Assembly (NCBI RefSeq): GCF_037042905.1
Contig: NC_087251.1
Span: forward strand, 5,024,001-5,088,000
Direction of reading: 5' to 3'
Length of the DNA: 64,000 bases
From: Lytechinus pictus
Lineage: Eukaryota
Shown here: positions 51,880 through 63,482 of the stretch, piece after piece
How the letters are laid out: each line of letters begins with the position of its first letter
Numbering within the stretch: position 1 is the stretch's first letter
Program-made: the position numbers and the translations under genes
Notes under the pieces: model-generated
What the model was told of the DNA's origin: nothing
Seen by the model: only the letters and a program-made list of their open reading frames with translations
Databases searched by the model: none

Positions 51880-54397
51880 TTTAGATTATATTAGATCACC
51901 TTTAATCAAAATGTTGCGTTTGTATGAAGTATATATTTCATAACTCATCCCGCTCATCTTTTTTTTTGTTAGATCAAAACATTCATGTTTGAAGCAAATT
52001 CATTCTACTATACAAACGGTTGTCAGGTTGTAGTTCACCATTCGATACCGATTGTTCTTGTGCGATTACAAACCTCTTGATGTTGCACTTTTGAAGGAGA
52101 GACAATGAAAGAGAAGGGGATTGTCCTTTCATAGACAACGAACCAAGATGTAGTCTCTGCACGATTTCATCTCTTTAATTAAGAAACCAAATTGTCGTCT
52201 GCGTACCTTCTAGTCATTGGAATTTTAGCTTCTTATTTCCCTCCCATTTCTCGTTCTTTCATGGCCATCGCATTGTCCAACTAATTAATGCTAAAAGCGG
52301 TTTTACGCTATTATTCAGGGGCACTATATCCTCTTTTTCTTTTCTATTCTCTTGAATATAGACATCTGGGACAGAGAGACTTGTTTTCAGCTACGTAACA
52401 TCTCTGTTAATTGATGCTGCATCTAATTTTAATATTTTTTTTCAGCAAACAATAGCTACCTACATCTGAGTGTTGAAAGAAAATGTCGCAAGCTGAATTA
52501 AAGTCTTATAATTTGTCAATTATATATGACTTAGCAGAAGGTTGTAAATCAAAGTATAATTTGATACCTTTTCGTCAAATTTATTTCTTCTACAACGGGG
52601 CTTCATGTCTAGAATATTTCGTAATGATATATTACCTATTGCCATTGCTTTCATTGAGTCCTACAATGGTCACTAAATCAATTAATATTATTACAGATGT
52701 AGATTTCATATACCGGTAAATGAAATGTGTAGAAATAATTGTAGAGAACAGGATATAATCAAATTCGAATTGGAGCGTAATGGTAATTTCGAGCTGATGC
52801 ACTCCAATAACTTTTTTTACATTTTCTTGACGTCACACTAACTTGTTATTGAGGGAATTAACGAAACGAGTCATTAATTGAAGCTGGCTGGGAACTAAAT
52901 GGATTGATGGTGTATCGATGGGGGAGGGGTAGGGGGTAGAGGGTGAGGTATTCTTTCAGTGGACGCCAGAGAAGCTGTTGATGTCAGTCAATGATGGATG
53001 ATCTTTAGAACTCATAGATATGTGTTCTGATGGTAGGCCAGCGAGCTGGATTACTTCTAATTTCCTCTCAATTCGATGATATAACGAAATGTGCCTTTGC
53101 CCTGACACGGCTCGCCATAATTCTGCATTGTAATGCATGTTATGTTCACACTGCCAGAAATTTAGATTCTGTCTAGCATTGACATCATTTTGCATACCGA
53201 TTTGTGTACTTCCAGTTTCTCAAAATTTATGTCATTACAACATTTCATCGAGACAACTCTGTTGAGATAAAAAGTTAATGACAGAAATGGATTTATGTTG
53301 ATAAGAAAAAAAGCAAACAATGATAACGGATTTACATAATGTGTGTATAAATTAAATCGCCATAAGATCGATGTTCGATAAGTAAATCTGAAGATGAAAC
53401 AGATACTTTATATATATATATATATATATATTCCAAATCGCGTTGCTTCCACTAATTTGATAAGTTGTTATAATATATTTTTCCGAAATATAAAATGCTT
53501 TAGTTCAAATTAGGAACGTCAATTATCGGTAACATTCATTTCTGACAATATCTGCACAAATAATACGGCAATGGGAACTGCTAATTATACCTATTCACGA
53601 ATCGAGTCGAGTGCCTTTCCCCGAGATATGATGATGTCATTGCACATTCTATTTTGTTTGCCATGAGCAAACTTCACAGTATAAATTGTTATGTGTTGGA
53701 AATGTGCCTAGAGTATAGACCATTATGGAATTGCCTATCGTATAGAAAACTTAGCAATCGCTCGTAAGTATTTTGACAATTTTTTTTAATAAAGTGACAA
53801 ATCTGAATAGTATCAATATTGCGTATTTCATATCTCGTGGCAAATCATTACTTTTGTTTAGACCTGTATGAGATGAAAACTGTTTTAATCACGCTTTTTA
53901 CCAATAATAATAATAAAAAATGATGATTAAATGAAATGAAACAAATACCAAGTCAAAATGAATATGAATTGTCATATTCCAATTTTTAAATTGTGGACAT
54001 CAAACTTGCTTTCTAATTTCTAATCAAATGATAAACGTAATTGCTTCATATGTATGTAGTGATAATATATCATGTAGTCCCGTCAGTTGATATTTCTTTA
54101 AAACGTTTTCATTATTAAAGGATAATCGAATGATATAACCTTTGACAATTTACACCCTTATGTTCGAGGTAACCAACTTTTTTGTTATCAAACTAAAGTT
54201 CTGACGTACATTCGTTCTTCCCGTTGTGTTACCCACACCTCAAATTTCCATTCCCCCTAAGTTCTCCAAACCCAGGACTTTTGACACCCTTCAAATATCC
54301 CGTTCCCACACCAGTTGATCCTTAAATGGTTGTCAGTCTGTCCATGTTAACAAACCCTTAAATGTATGTTGCCACCTTCTTTTACCTTCAATATTCT

Positions 54398-54542
54398 CAC
54401 ACTCCTATACTAACCATAAATCCAACATATCAACACCATTGCCAAGTTCTGACACCATGATGTTTCCACACTCATATACCACCCATAAACCCAACTTATT
54501 ATCACCTTTGTGAAGTTCTGACATCATGATGTTCACACACTC
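54398..54542. repeat. Diverged 69-bp tandem repeat (about 2.1 units)
   Basis: CACACTC recurs at 54398, 54467 and 54536. The units share CCATAAA.CCAAC.TAT..CACC.TTG..AAGTTCTGACA.CATGATGTT. Confidence 0.8.
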
Positions 54543-55373
54543 TAAAGTTTCACAAAATCACTGCCAAGATAATTAGCTTCACAACTCTCCCTACAAGTTC
54601 TCGATCTCTTCCTTTCTGTAACTATTTTATATTACAATCACGTTTTTTTCTATCAGATACGGATTTCAATTGGATTAAGTTTTTGCATTTTTTTACCTGC
54701 ACGCCAGTAGACTGATCATGACTCGAAACTGTGTTGATGTGATAATGGTATTTGGTATTAAACATCATAACCACTTCCCTCGAAAAAAGTAAAGCCGTCT
54801 GCTGTCTATATAGTTGTTAAATAAGATCAAAATCACAATTGAATTTTCTTGGCAGTCGAGTAAAATGAATGAAATATTATTCAAATGCGGGGGGGGGGGC
54901 TTTTGTAAGACTAAAAAATGATAAAATAATGAAGAGTTTGGGATGAACTATTAGGATTTAAAATGTAAAGCGGATAAGTAGGCTAGTATTCATTCATCAA
55001 AATATCGACTTCATTCTCGTAAAAAAAAAATCTCAAGATTTTCTGATAACTGAACGCAGAGGGCATCTATCACGGTTCGGTTCCATTTTGCTACAATGTT
55101 TCATATATATGTTTTGCAGCAGCTAAATCTACGAATCGCATGAACGAAAACATATTTTAAAAATTGCAGTCACTGTAAAAAAAAGAAAATACTTTAAGAA
55201 AAATGTATAATAAAACGCACGAGTGTCAGTCTATGTATATCCTGTACATAATGATAATAATAAACAATACTTCAAAAGGGGAAAAAGGGGAAAATGGAAA
55301 GAATACGAAGAAAATTAATCGCAGCATTCGCTAGATACAGGGTTACCAATAGTTTCATATTAAGATAATCATA

Positions 55374-55644
55374 CAAAAGCGGACCTAGTTTTCCAAGGGG
55401 GGGGGGGGGTGAACAGAAAGACCATTATCTGCGAGTCGCGAGCTTTTCTTTTCTATTTTGAACCCCCTTAGGTAATGTTTTCCTGTCATCTATACTAACC
55501 CAACAAAGACCATAACAGTAAGTTCATGCTATAGGATTGTGTGGGTCTAGACATAATGATGGCGATTTTAATGAACATTTTTTTTTTACTTGGCAGCCCA
55601 AAGGGAGATGAGGCTAAATCCCCCTCCCCGTGGTTCCGCCACTG
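55374..55644. mobile_element. Degenerate hAT-like MITE
   Basis: Right end GGTTCCGCCACTG. The eroded left end CAAAAGCGGACCTAGTTTTCCAAGGGG resembles the left end of the 31349 element. The TSD is not clean. Confidence 0.45.
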
Positions 55645-57557
55645 TCATACAGTCTTTACCTGGTCAGACTATATCCTGCTAAGATAAGAAGGAATATTAA
55701 AGAAGAGGTGTTTCTAGATTAATCTTCAATTAAAAAATGAATTATATAAATATGATTATGTTATTATAATAAACTAACTGTGGCTTGGCTTAGAATAATT
55801 CCATAACATCTGAAGCAAACTAAAAATTGAATATGACTATTCCGCAAAGTGAATATCAGTAAAGTGAATGATCTCAAACAAGTGCCGTCATTTATATGTA
55901 AGATTGACCAATCAATGTAAACAAGATGATGAAGTAAGTTAGTATCCCTAGTCCAATTAGAAATTATGTTTTCACCTTCTACGAGATGCTTATTCCAAAA
56001 GAAATGTTAGTGAACCCCTTCTTTTTTTTACGTCTTTACGAACTTTTGTTTAAAAAAGTGTTCATGGTTACAGATTTTTATACAATTGAAATCAAAGTCT
56101 TTGTATATGAACATGATGAATGTATTTATGCATTACTGTAACATTACTATGTAATGACTTTATTAAAATTTTATGTTGAATGTGAATTATGAATAAGAAT
56201 TTGAGTGTGAGTTTGATTTAGGCCTTATTTCTGTTTGAAAATCAAAATTTCTATAATTGATTTTTAAAGATCACGTATATTTTATACATCACTGAGTTTC
56301 ATTAGCATAAATCAAACGAATTACAGGTAATTCATCCCTGTACAGCATCACATAAACTAACTGGGTGTCGTTAGTTTATTGACCATACGGTCATTGACCC
56401 TCGAAAAGATTTCACAGAAACGGTGGTTTGGGGAATTCAAAGTACTTCTTCCCCTGTTTGAGGTGGACGACCCTTCATCTATTGTGTACCCTTTACCCCA
56501 TCCTTAAACACAACGTTAAATTCTTGAAAAGGGGGCCATCACTAGCCGACTCAGCCCTGACGATGTAATTAATCCTTTATCTAACTGTCATTCGCATAAA
56601 ATTTGCACTCAGAATGTTAGGACGTAAAACTCAATTGACCAATTTTGTTGGCCTTTTGTGACTTTGGATGTAGATAAATAAGTACTTTTCAACCCACCGA
56701 ACCACTTAAATGCGAGATCACTGTATTATCGCCATCAGGCCATTGTTGATAATTTCGCACATTAATCGGCAAAGTAGATAAACATGCTTTGTAAGGGGAC
56801 GTTCTGATGACCTGTAATAAATATTATTCTACAGTATGTAAGTGGGAAAAAAATATAAGAATTGAAAACATGCCTGTTTAGTGAGTTCCTCAAATTTTCT
56901 TCATATATAATTGATTTATCGCTTATTATATTCGTCTGCGCATGGGTATCACACCATCATGAACTAAGTTATAAATGCAATCGCGTTGGTTTACTAAATG
57001 ATCAATCAATAAACATAAATTATGTTTGCTATGCCAAATACATCATAAATCAAAATATTATTGTAAATATGAATTGACATTTACTGAGTCATTTTCTCCC
57101 TCTCTCCATCATTTAATAAGAAAAACATTATTAAAATGATAACTTTATCATAAACATGATTTCGAAATAATGATATGAAATTTATTTATTTTGATATCAC
57201 AATTAACCTGCCTCTTTTTAGAATGAACATTTATTACATAAGATTGATGTGCTCTTAACTACCTTCAATAGAGTTATATCATGTAACTATGGACAACCAA
57301 CATTTCTACTAGTAAAGTTGACCTAAATATGATTGACACCAAAATTAGAAAATGAGAAAGAAGTTTATGACTTTCCGAAAATGCAGGTGTAAAATCAAAA
57401 ATTCACAAACTGAGATAGAGCAATGATATACGTCGTTTGTTTGTTGTCACTGGAGCATTGGTGGAATAATGAAGGTCAAATTAACAGTTTTTCTCACATT
57501 AGGTTCAATAATTACCTTGATTTATCATTGAAAATCATAATCAGCGTGGGTTATGTA

Positions 57558-60111
57558 CATGGGCGTCAATCCAAACTTGAGCATGAGGGGGACACAATAG
57601 CAACATGCAAGCATGTCACTTTTATAGGTATACTTTCCAGATCCATTACACTTTCGTCATACTCCACTGCTACATGTACCGTATGTCACAGGGGCGGATC
57701 CAGCCTTCGCCAATAGGGGGGGGCCCGGAATTTTTTTTCACCCACATTTTCCACGATCGGCCGCTCGAAGTTGATTTTTGTTTGTTTCTTTGAAGGGGTA
57801 ATATATATATATATATAATATCATAAGCCTTATTTAAAAAGTGCGAGCTTTTTGTTTATTTTATGTATTTTGTTTAAAATTCAAACATTTTGGGCAATGT
57901 TTATGATCCTAAACGAGATGTGTATCTAACCATTTTTACTAAATAATTGCTACGAGCGCGAAGCGCGAGCAGAAATTTTTAATATACGTTTTCATCTGAT
58001 AAAAAAGGATCTGTTACCGGCAGCTTGTTAGCCATGAAGACGTTACATATTTCAACTATCAAATAATGCGAAGCGCGAGCTGAAAATTTTGACATTTTTA
58101 CCGGAAGAATGAAAAAGGTTAAGTATATAGCTAAATAATAAATGCGAGCACGAAGCGCGAGCTGAAAAATTCGAGATTCAAACCTAAAAATTGGACACTC
58201 TATTCATATTTTGTAAATCATGAAAATGATGAGTAATTGGAAATCGGCTTCCTACATAAATAATGCGAGCGCAGAGCGCGAGCACAAATTGTTTTATTTA
58301 TTTTTGATATACGCTTTTGATCTGATCTGTTAATGGCTGCGTGTTAGCCATGATGACGTTACATATTTTAACTACCAAATAATGCGAGCGCGAAGCGCGA
58401 GCTGGAAATTTTGATATTTCTACCTCAAGAATGGAAATTCTAAGCACTTTTTGTAATCGTGAAAAGGATAAGTATATAACTAAACAATTGATGCGAGCGC
58501 GAAGCGCGAGCGGAAAAATTCTGGACACTCTATTCATGATTTGTAAATCATGAAAATGAGTAATTGAAAATTTTCCTACATTAATAATGCGAGCGCAAAG
58601 CGCGAGCAGACAATTTTTTATATTGTGATCTGAAACTGGATAATGATTTAAATAGAGAACAAGCTGCGTATCTAAATAAACGCGTGTTTCAGATTACGAC
58701 CTAGAACATGTAGAATTAGGGTAATTTAAATACATTTCCTATCATGAAAATCAATAAAGCGAGCTAAAAATATATGATATTCCGCTCTGAAAAGGGTCAA
58801 TTTAAGCTCTGTTTTTCAAGCACTTTGTGGGAAAATTGTGAGGTAGATATGGATCACAGTTAAAAAGAGCTGATAAGTTTCATTATTATTACTTTGAGTT
58901 TTGACATAGCGGACCGGGACATTATGTCATCATATGAAAATGATGACTATCTTCCTATTTCTCTTCCTAAGCATGAGAGCGCGAAATCTCTTAATATTAT
59001 GGCCTGAAAACTGGACATTTAAAGCATTTTTGTAATTATGAATAAGATGCATGAGTTAATATATTTCAACAATCAATGCGAGCGGAAATCGCGAACCGAA
59101 ATTTCTGATAAACTGCATGTGATCAAATGGGGATTTTGTTTTAGAATTAATATTGAGATAAACATAATTCACCAATCAAAATGCGAGCATGCAGCGCTAG
59201 CTGATACGTTTTCACAATCTGACCTGAATAGGGATATTTTGATAACTTTATGGAATACAGGAAAATAATAGGTACCTGACAAATCAAATTTTGCGAGCGC
59301 GCAGCACAGGCAGAAAATGTTAATATTCAGACCATAAAACAAACATTTTACAGAACACTTTTTAAAAATCAAATTTGCAAATCAAACAAAATAATGAAAG
59401 TTAAATTTTCGAGCTGAAATATGTTTTGTATATTGACTTCAAGATTTGATATTTAAGCTCCATATTGAGCAAGATATGTAAATCACCTAAAAGGCGATGC
59501 GAGCGCGAGCAAAAATTTTATATCCCGGCATGAAAGATTTTTTATCATTACTTTCCAAGTCTTCCCCTTATCTTATTCACTCGTCTTCCTCCTTTTATGT
59601 TTCCCTTTCTTTTTTTCTCCTCTCTTTTCCCTTCTTCTCTTTTCTTCTTTCTTTCCCTTTGTTTTTCTTTTTTTTTTTGCTCCGCCAATAGGGGGGGGGG
59701 GGGCCAGGCTCCCCTGGATCCGCCTATGCTGTCATGCCGTGCATATACCCACATGAAAAAAACCCACCACGCACGTGCGGGTCTCCATGTGGGTGCTCGC
59801 GTGTACCCCGGCGTCGTACGTACAGGAACGGCTCATAGACGGCTAGCTGCGCTGCTTTTGAATGCGAATTTACCCACCGTTCATTGCATGCATCGAAAAG
59901 TTACATGACAGTTGTTTTTTTTTCTTTATATTTTTTAAGGGAATCAACTCTCATTTCCTTGAGAAGGTATGCACATATTCCCCCCCCCCCCAGATGGTCA
60001 CACTTCTTTTGTGACAAAAACATGGGGGGGACATTTGATATTGTGTCCCCCCCCCTGAAAAAATCATGGGGGGGACACGTCCCCCCCGTCCCCCACCGAT
60101 TGACGCCCATG
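57558..60111. mobile_element. Outer hAT-like MITE carrying a nested 2-kb element
   Basis: Perfect 14-bp TIR CATGGGCGTCAATC/GATTGACGCCCATG and a perfect 8-bp TSD GTTATGTA (57550-57557 and 60112-60119). Confidence 0.9.
57689..59728 (+). mobile_element. Inner hAT-like non-autonomous element (about 2 kb) with an internal TGCGAGCGCGAAGCGCGAGC motif array
   Basis: Ends CAGGGGCGGATCCAG and CTGGATCCGCCTATG (same terminus type as 31349). CGCCAATAGGGGGGGG occurs near both ends, and there are about 12 spaced motif copies. The TSD is imperfect (GTATGTCA vs CTGTCATG). Confidence 0.78.
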
Positions 60112-60561
60112 GTTATGTAAATATTGAAATTTGATTGTATCAGACAATAATTGTTTTGAACATTTTGAGAGATCACTGCAAACTATATATTTTTTATATT
60201 ATGACCTTCTGCTTTGTCAATTATATTCTATATTTTTGTGTGTGGCAAATCAAACCATTTTCATTAATTTTTTTTTTGCGATAACGCAATGAGTTAGACA
60301 GATACTGCAGCACTACCCAACAATAAATTGTATCCTTCATTTCCTATTTAAAGTTATATAAAATTAGATGAGTATAATATGGGCTTTGGAATCTTGTAAA
60401 TATTGAATTACTTACCTTTGTAAGTAATCTATGTTTGATTACCACATTGAATTCTTTAAATATGTACATAATCATAAACATTTACAATAAAAATAATCAA
60501 CATGCATGTATATAACTTCATGGTGTGTTTAGTGGTAAATATGACAATCATCTTCAGTCTC

Positions 60562-60750
60562 GAGGAGGCGCGATAGTTCAATCGGTATAGAGCGGGGGAT
60601 TCGAATCCCGGTGGCCTGGGTTTGATTCCCACCTGGTGTGCTATTGCCCTTTGGTAAGGCATTTATCCTCATTACCAGGTCCCTCGGAGAGGACTTTAAT
60701 CCCATGCTTGCTTACAAGCATTCATACTTTCTTAGCATTCAGGAAAAAAA
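60562..60750 (+). mobile_element. tRNA-derived SINE (family of 3831-3981)
   Basis: A-box-like TAGTTCAATCGG, mutated B box GGTTTGATTCCC, the shared body GCCCTTTGGTAAGGCATT.ATCCT...CCAGGTCC.TCGGAGAGGAC, and an A run at about 60744-60751. Confidence 0.8.
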
Positions 60751-61021
60751 ATCACCGCAATATGAATTCAGATAATACAGTATATACCTTTATGTATGAA
60801 ATCGTGAGTAGCAGTTTAACGGAAATCGTCCAAACAGGTTTATTGAAGATGAACGCTTCTTTACATAATATCAATTGACTAACATGGCTATTGATAAAAG
60901 AATAATAAATGAGAGAATAAATAGATGAAGTGAAGAAACATAATAAAACCATCAACAAACACAACAACAACATTTACAAGTTAATGCAGTAACATAATCA
61001 TAAAAGATGGAATCTTATTAA

Positions 61022-61212
61022 AGGTCAAGTCCACTTCAGGAAAATATTGATTTGAATCGATAAGGAAAAATCAGACAAGCATGAAGCTGAAAATTTCATC
61101 AAAATCGGATGTAAAATAAGAAAGTTGTGACATTTTAAAGTTTCGCTTACTTTTTACAAAATAGTTATATGCACAGTTTAGTTACATGCAAATGAGAAAA
61201 TCGATGATGTCC
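61022..61212 (+). mobile_element. Left arm of a Kolobok-like element, interrupted by SINE and LINE insertion
   Basis: Starts TTAA|AGGTCAAGTCCAC. The subterminal AAAAATCA...GCTGAAAATTT...AATAAGAAAGTT resembles the left arm of the 8460 element. The right arm is not in the window. Confidence 0.65.
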
Positions 61213-61402
61213 GTCACCGTGGCCGAGTGGTCTAAGGCGCCTGGCTATACATGGAAAGTCCGGGGTTCGATCCCCGGCCGCGGCACCTATGCCCGTGAGC
61301 AAGGCATTTAATCTACAATGCTCTTTTATCCTGCTTTCAAATAAATTTAAATGCTATATGCATTATTGGTAACTAGGTGTGCACTTGTTTGTAAAAAAAA
61401 AA
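61213..61402 (+). mobile_element. tRNA-derived SINE with A-tail
   Basis: A box TGGCCGAGTGG (61220-61230), B box GGTTCGATCCC (61264-61274), core GCCCGTGAGCAAGGCATTTA, and A10 at 61393-61402. Confidence 0.82.
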
Positions 61403-63482
61403 TTATATCAATATTATTCAACAAACAATTGATACCTACTCAACCCGACCGATAAGATTCGGTGGAAATGTAGTAGATGGTCAAAATCCTTGGTATGAGT
61501 TTAATGTAAGCGATCAGCTGTTTTTTGATACGCTGTTAACAGTTGTTAGAGGTGAAACAATTTCATATGCTGCTGCAAAAAAGAAAAAAACCGTTAATCT
61601 AGAAAATGATTTAGAGAAAGAAATTGTAAATTTAGAAAAGAATTTGGTTTTAAATACAAATATAGAAAGGGAGTTAACTGTTCTGAATGAGAAGAAAGCT
61701 CAGTTAGAGTCATTGAGAAAAGAAAATAATGAAGAAATAAAGATGAGATCCAGAACTAAATGGATGGAGTTCGGAGAGAAACCATCCAAATATTTTTTTA
61801 ATTTAGAAAAGAAAAATGTTGTTAATAAAAGAATATGCAAATTGATTACCAATGAAAATAAGGAAGTAACAACACATGAGGATATTACATCAGAAATTGT
61901 TTCTTTTTATTCACAACTATATGAAAGGCACCCTGTTATAAATATTGATTTAAACGCAATGATAAACAAAGATGAACTAAATAAATTAACAAATGCTATG
62001 TCACGGAATTTAGAAGGAGAGCTCTCCACCGACGAGGTTTATTATGCCCTAACAAATATGAAAAACAATAAATCTCCTGGTCTAGATGGATTCACTGTTG
62101 AATTTTTAAAACATTTTTGGAAGGAAATCCATATATTTTTAGTTAGATATTTAAACTCTTCATTTTTATCTGGTATGCCTTACATACAGAAGTTAGGAGT
62201 TATTACTTTAATCCCCAAAGGAAGCAAAGATAGACACTATTTAAAAAATTGGAGACCCATATCATTATTAAATGTTGTATACAAAATAGGATCTACTTGT
62301 ATAGCTAATAGATTGAAGAATGTACTCCCTCTTCTTATTCATGAGAATCAGAAAGGGTTTATGTCCGGACGCTTTATCGGAGAAAACATCCGCTTGTTAT
62401 ATGATATATTATTATATACTGAATTAAACGATATTCCCGGTTTATTGTTACTTATAGATTTTGAGAAGGCATTCGATTCAATTTCTCAAGACTTTATTCG
62501 CAATGTACTACACTTCTTTAAATTTGGTCCGACCATTGTTAAATGGTTTGATGTGTTTTATGAAAATGCTCAATCTTGTGTTTTAATCAATGGACACCTG
62601 TCTCCCAGATTTTCAATAGAGCGGGGCTGTCGCCAAGGAGATCCATTGTCTCCATATATTTTTCTATTATGTGCTGAAATACTTGGCGTTTTGTTCCGAC
62701 AATCAACGTCAATAGATGGTTTGAGGATGCCCTCTGGTAAATGTCATAAAATATTACAGTATGCAGATGACACTCTTCTGACATTAAACGGTTCAGAGAG
62801 AGAATTGAGTAGTGCTTTTGACATCTTGGAAAAATATAAAACAATATCAGGTTTGACTGTTAATATAACCAAGACACATGCAATATGGATTGGAGGATAT
62901 AAGAACAAGAAAGACTGTATTCTTGCCAATAGGATTTTGAATTGGGTATTTGATGAATACTTCAGATATTTAGGTATAGATTTTTGTACAGATCTTCAGA
63001 AAATGACGGTGCATAATTACAATGAAAAGTTTAAAGAGATCAAAAGTCAAATGACTTCATGGTTAAGACGTTACCTGACGGTCCTTGGAAGAGTTACGGT
63101 TGTCAAGTCATTGTTTGTGTCTAAATTGAACTACTTAATTCTTTCTCTCCCGAATCCAAGTGAGTTATTTCTAAAAGATGTAAATTCCCAATTTCATAGA
63201 TTCATATGGGGAGAGAAACCAGATAAAGTAAGTAGAAATCAAATGTCTCAGAGTTATTCTGAAGGTGGAGTAAAAATGATAGACATAAATCTGCATTGCC
63301 AGTCATTGAAAATTTCTTGGATGAAAAAAATGATAAACGGTTCCATTGACGGTAATATTATTTGTCTTCTTCAGTCTTTTTTGCATAAAAAACGCAAAAC
63401 TTGGATCTTTATATGGGAAATAGCTATTTTTTTAGACTGGCACACGAAATTAAAAATCCTTTTTGGAAAGAAATGTTCTTAG
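61395..63482 (+). pseudogene. Retrotransposon ORF2 reverse transcriptase (truncated, one frameshift at about 63387-63392)
   Basis: The frame is open from 61395 (after TAA at 61392) to 63482 and contains the complete RT domain. The coding signal moves to the -1 frame at the A6 run and stays open to 64000. Confidence 0.9.

Noticed and set aside
57840..59515. CRISPR-like repeat-spacer appearance of the GCGAGCGCGAAGCGCGAGC array
   Set aside because: The context is eukaryotic with no cas genes. The repeats are degenerate, the spacers are long, uneven and partly duplicated, and the array lies within transposon termini.
591..60973. The many other 60-130 aa ORFs in the track
   Set aside because: No motifs; many start at TTG or GTG or lie in repeats and low-complexity DNA. 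Small spliced exons cannot be fully excluded without RNA-seq.
61213..61290. Functional tRNA genes here and at about 3910-3981, 29867-29945 and 60562-60640
   Set aside because: A and B boxes are present, but the cloverleaves are imperfect and each head runs into a SINE body and tail.
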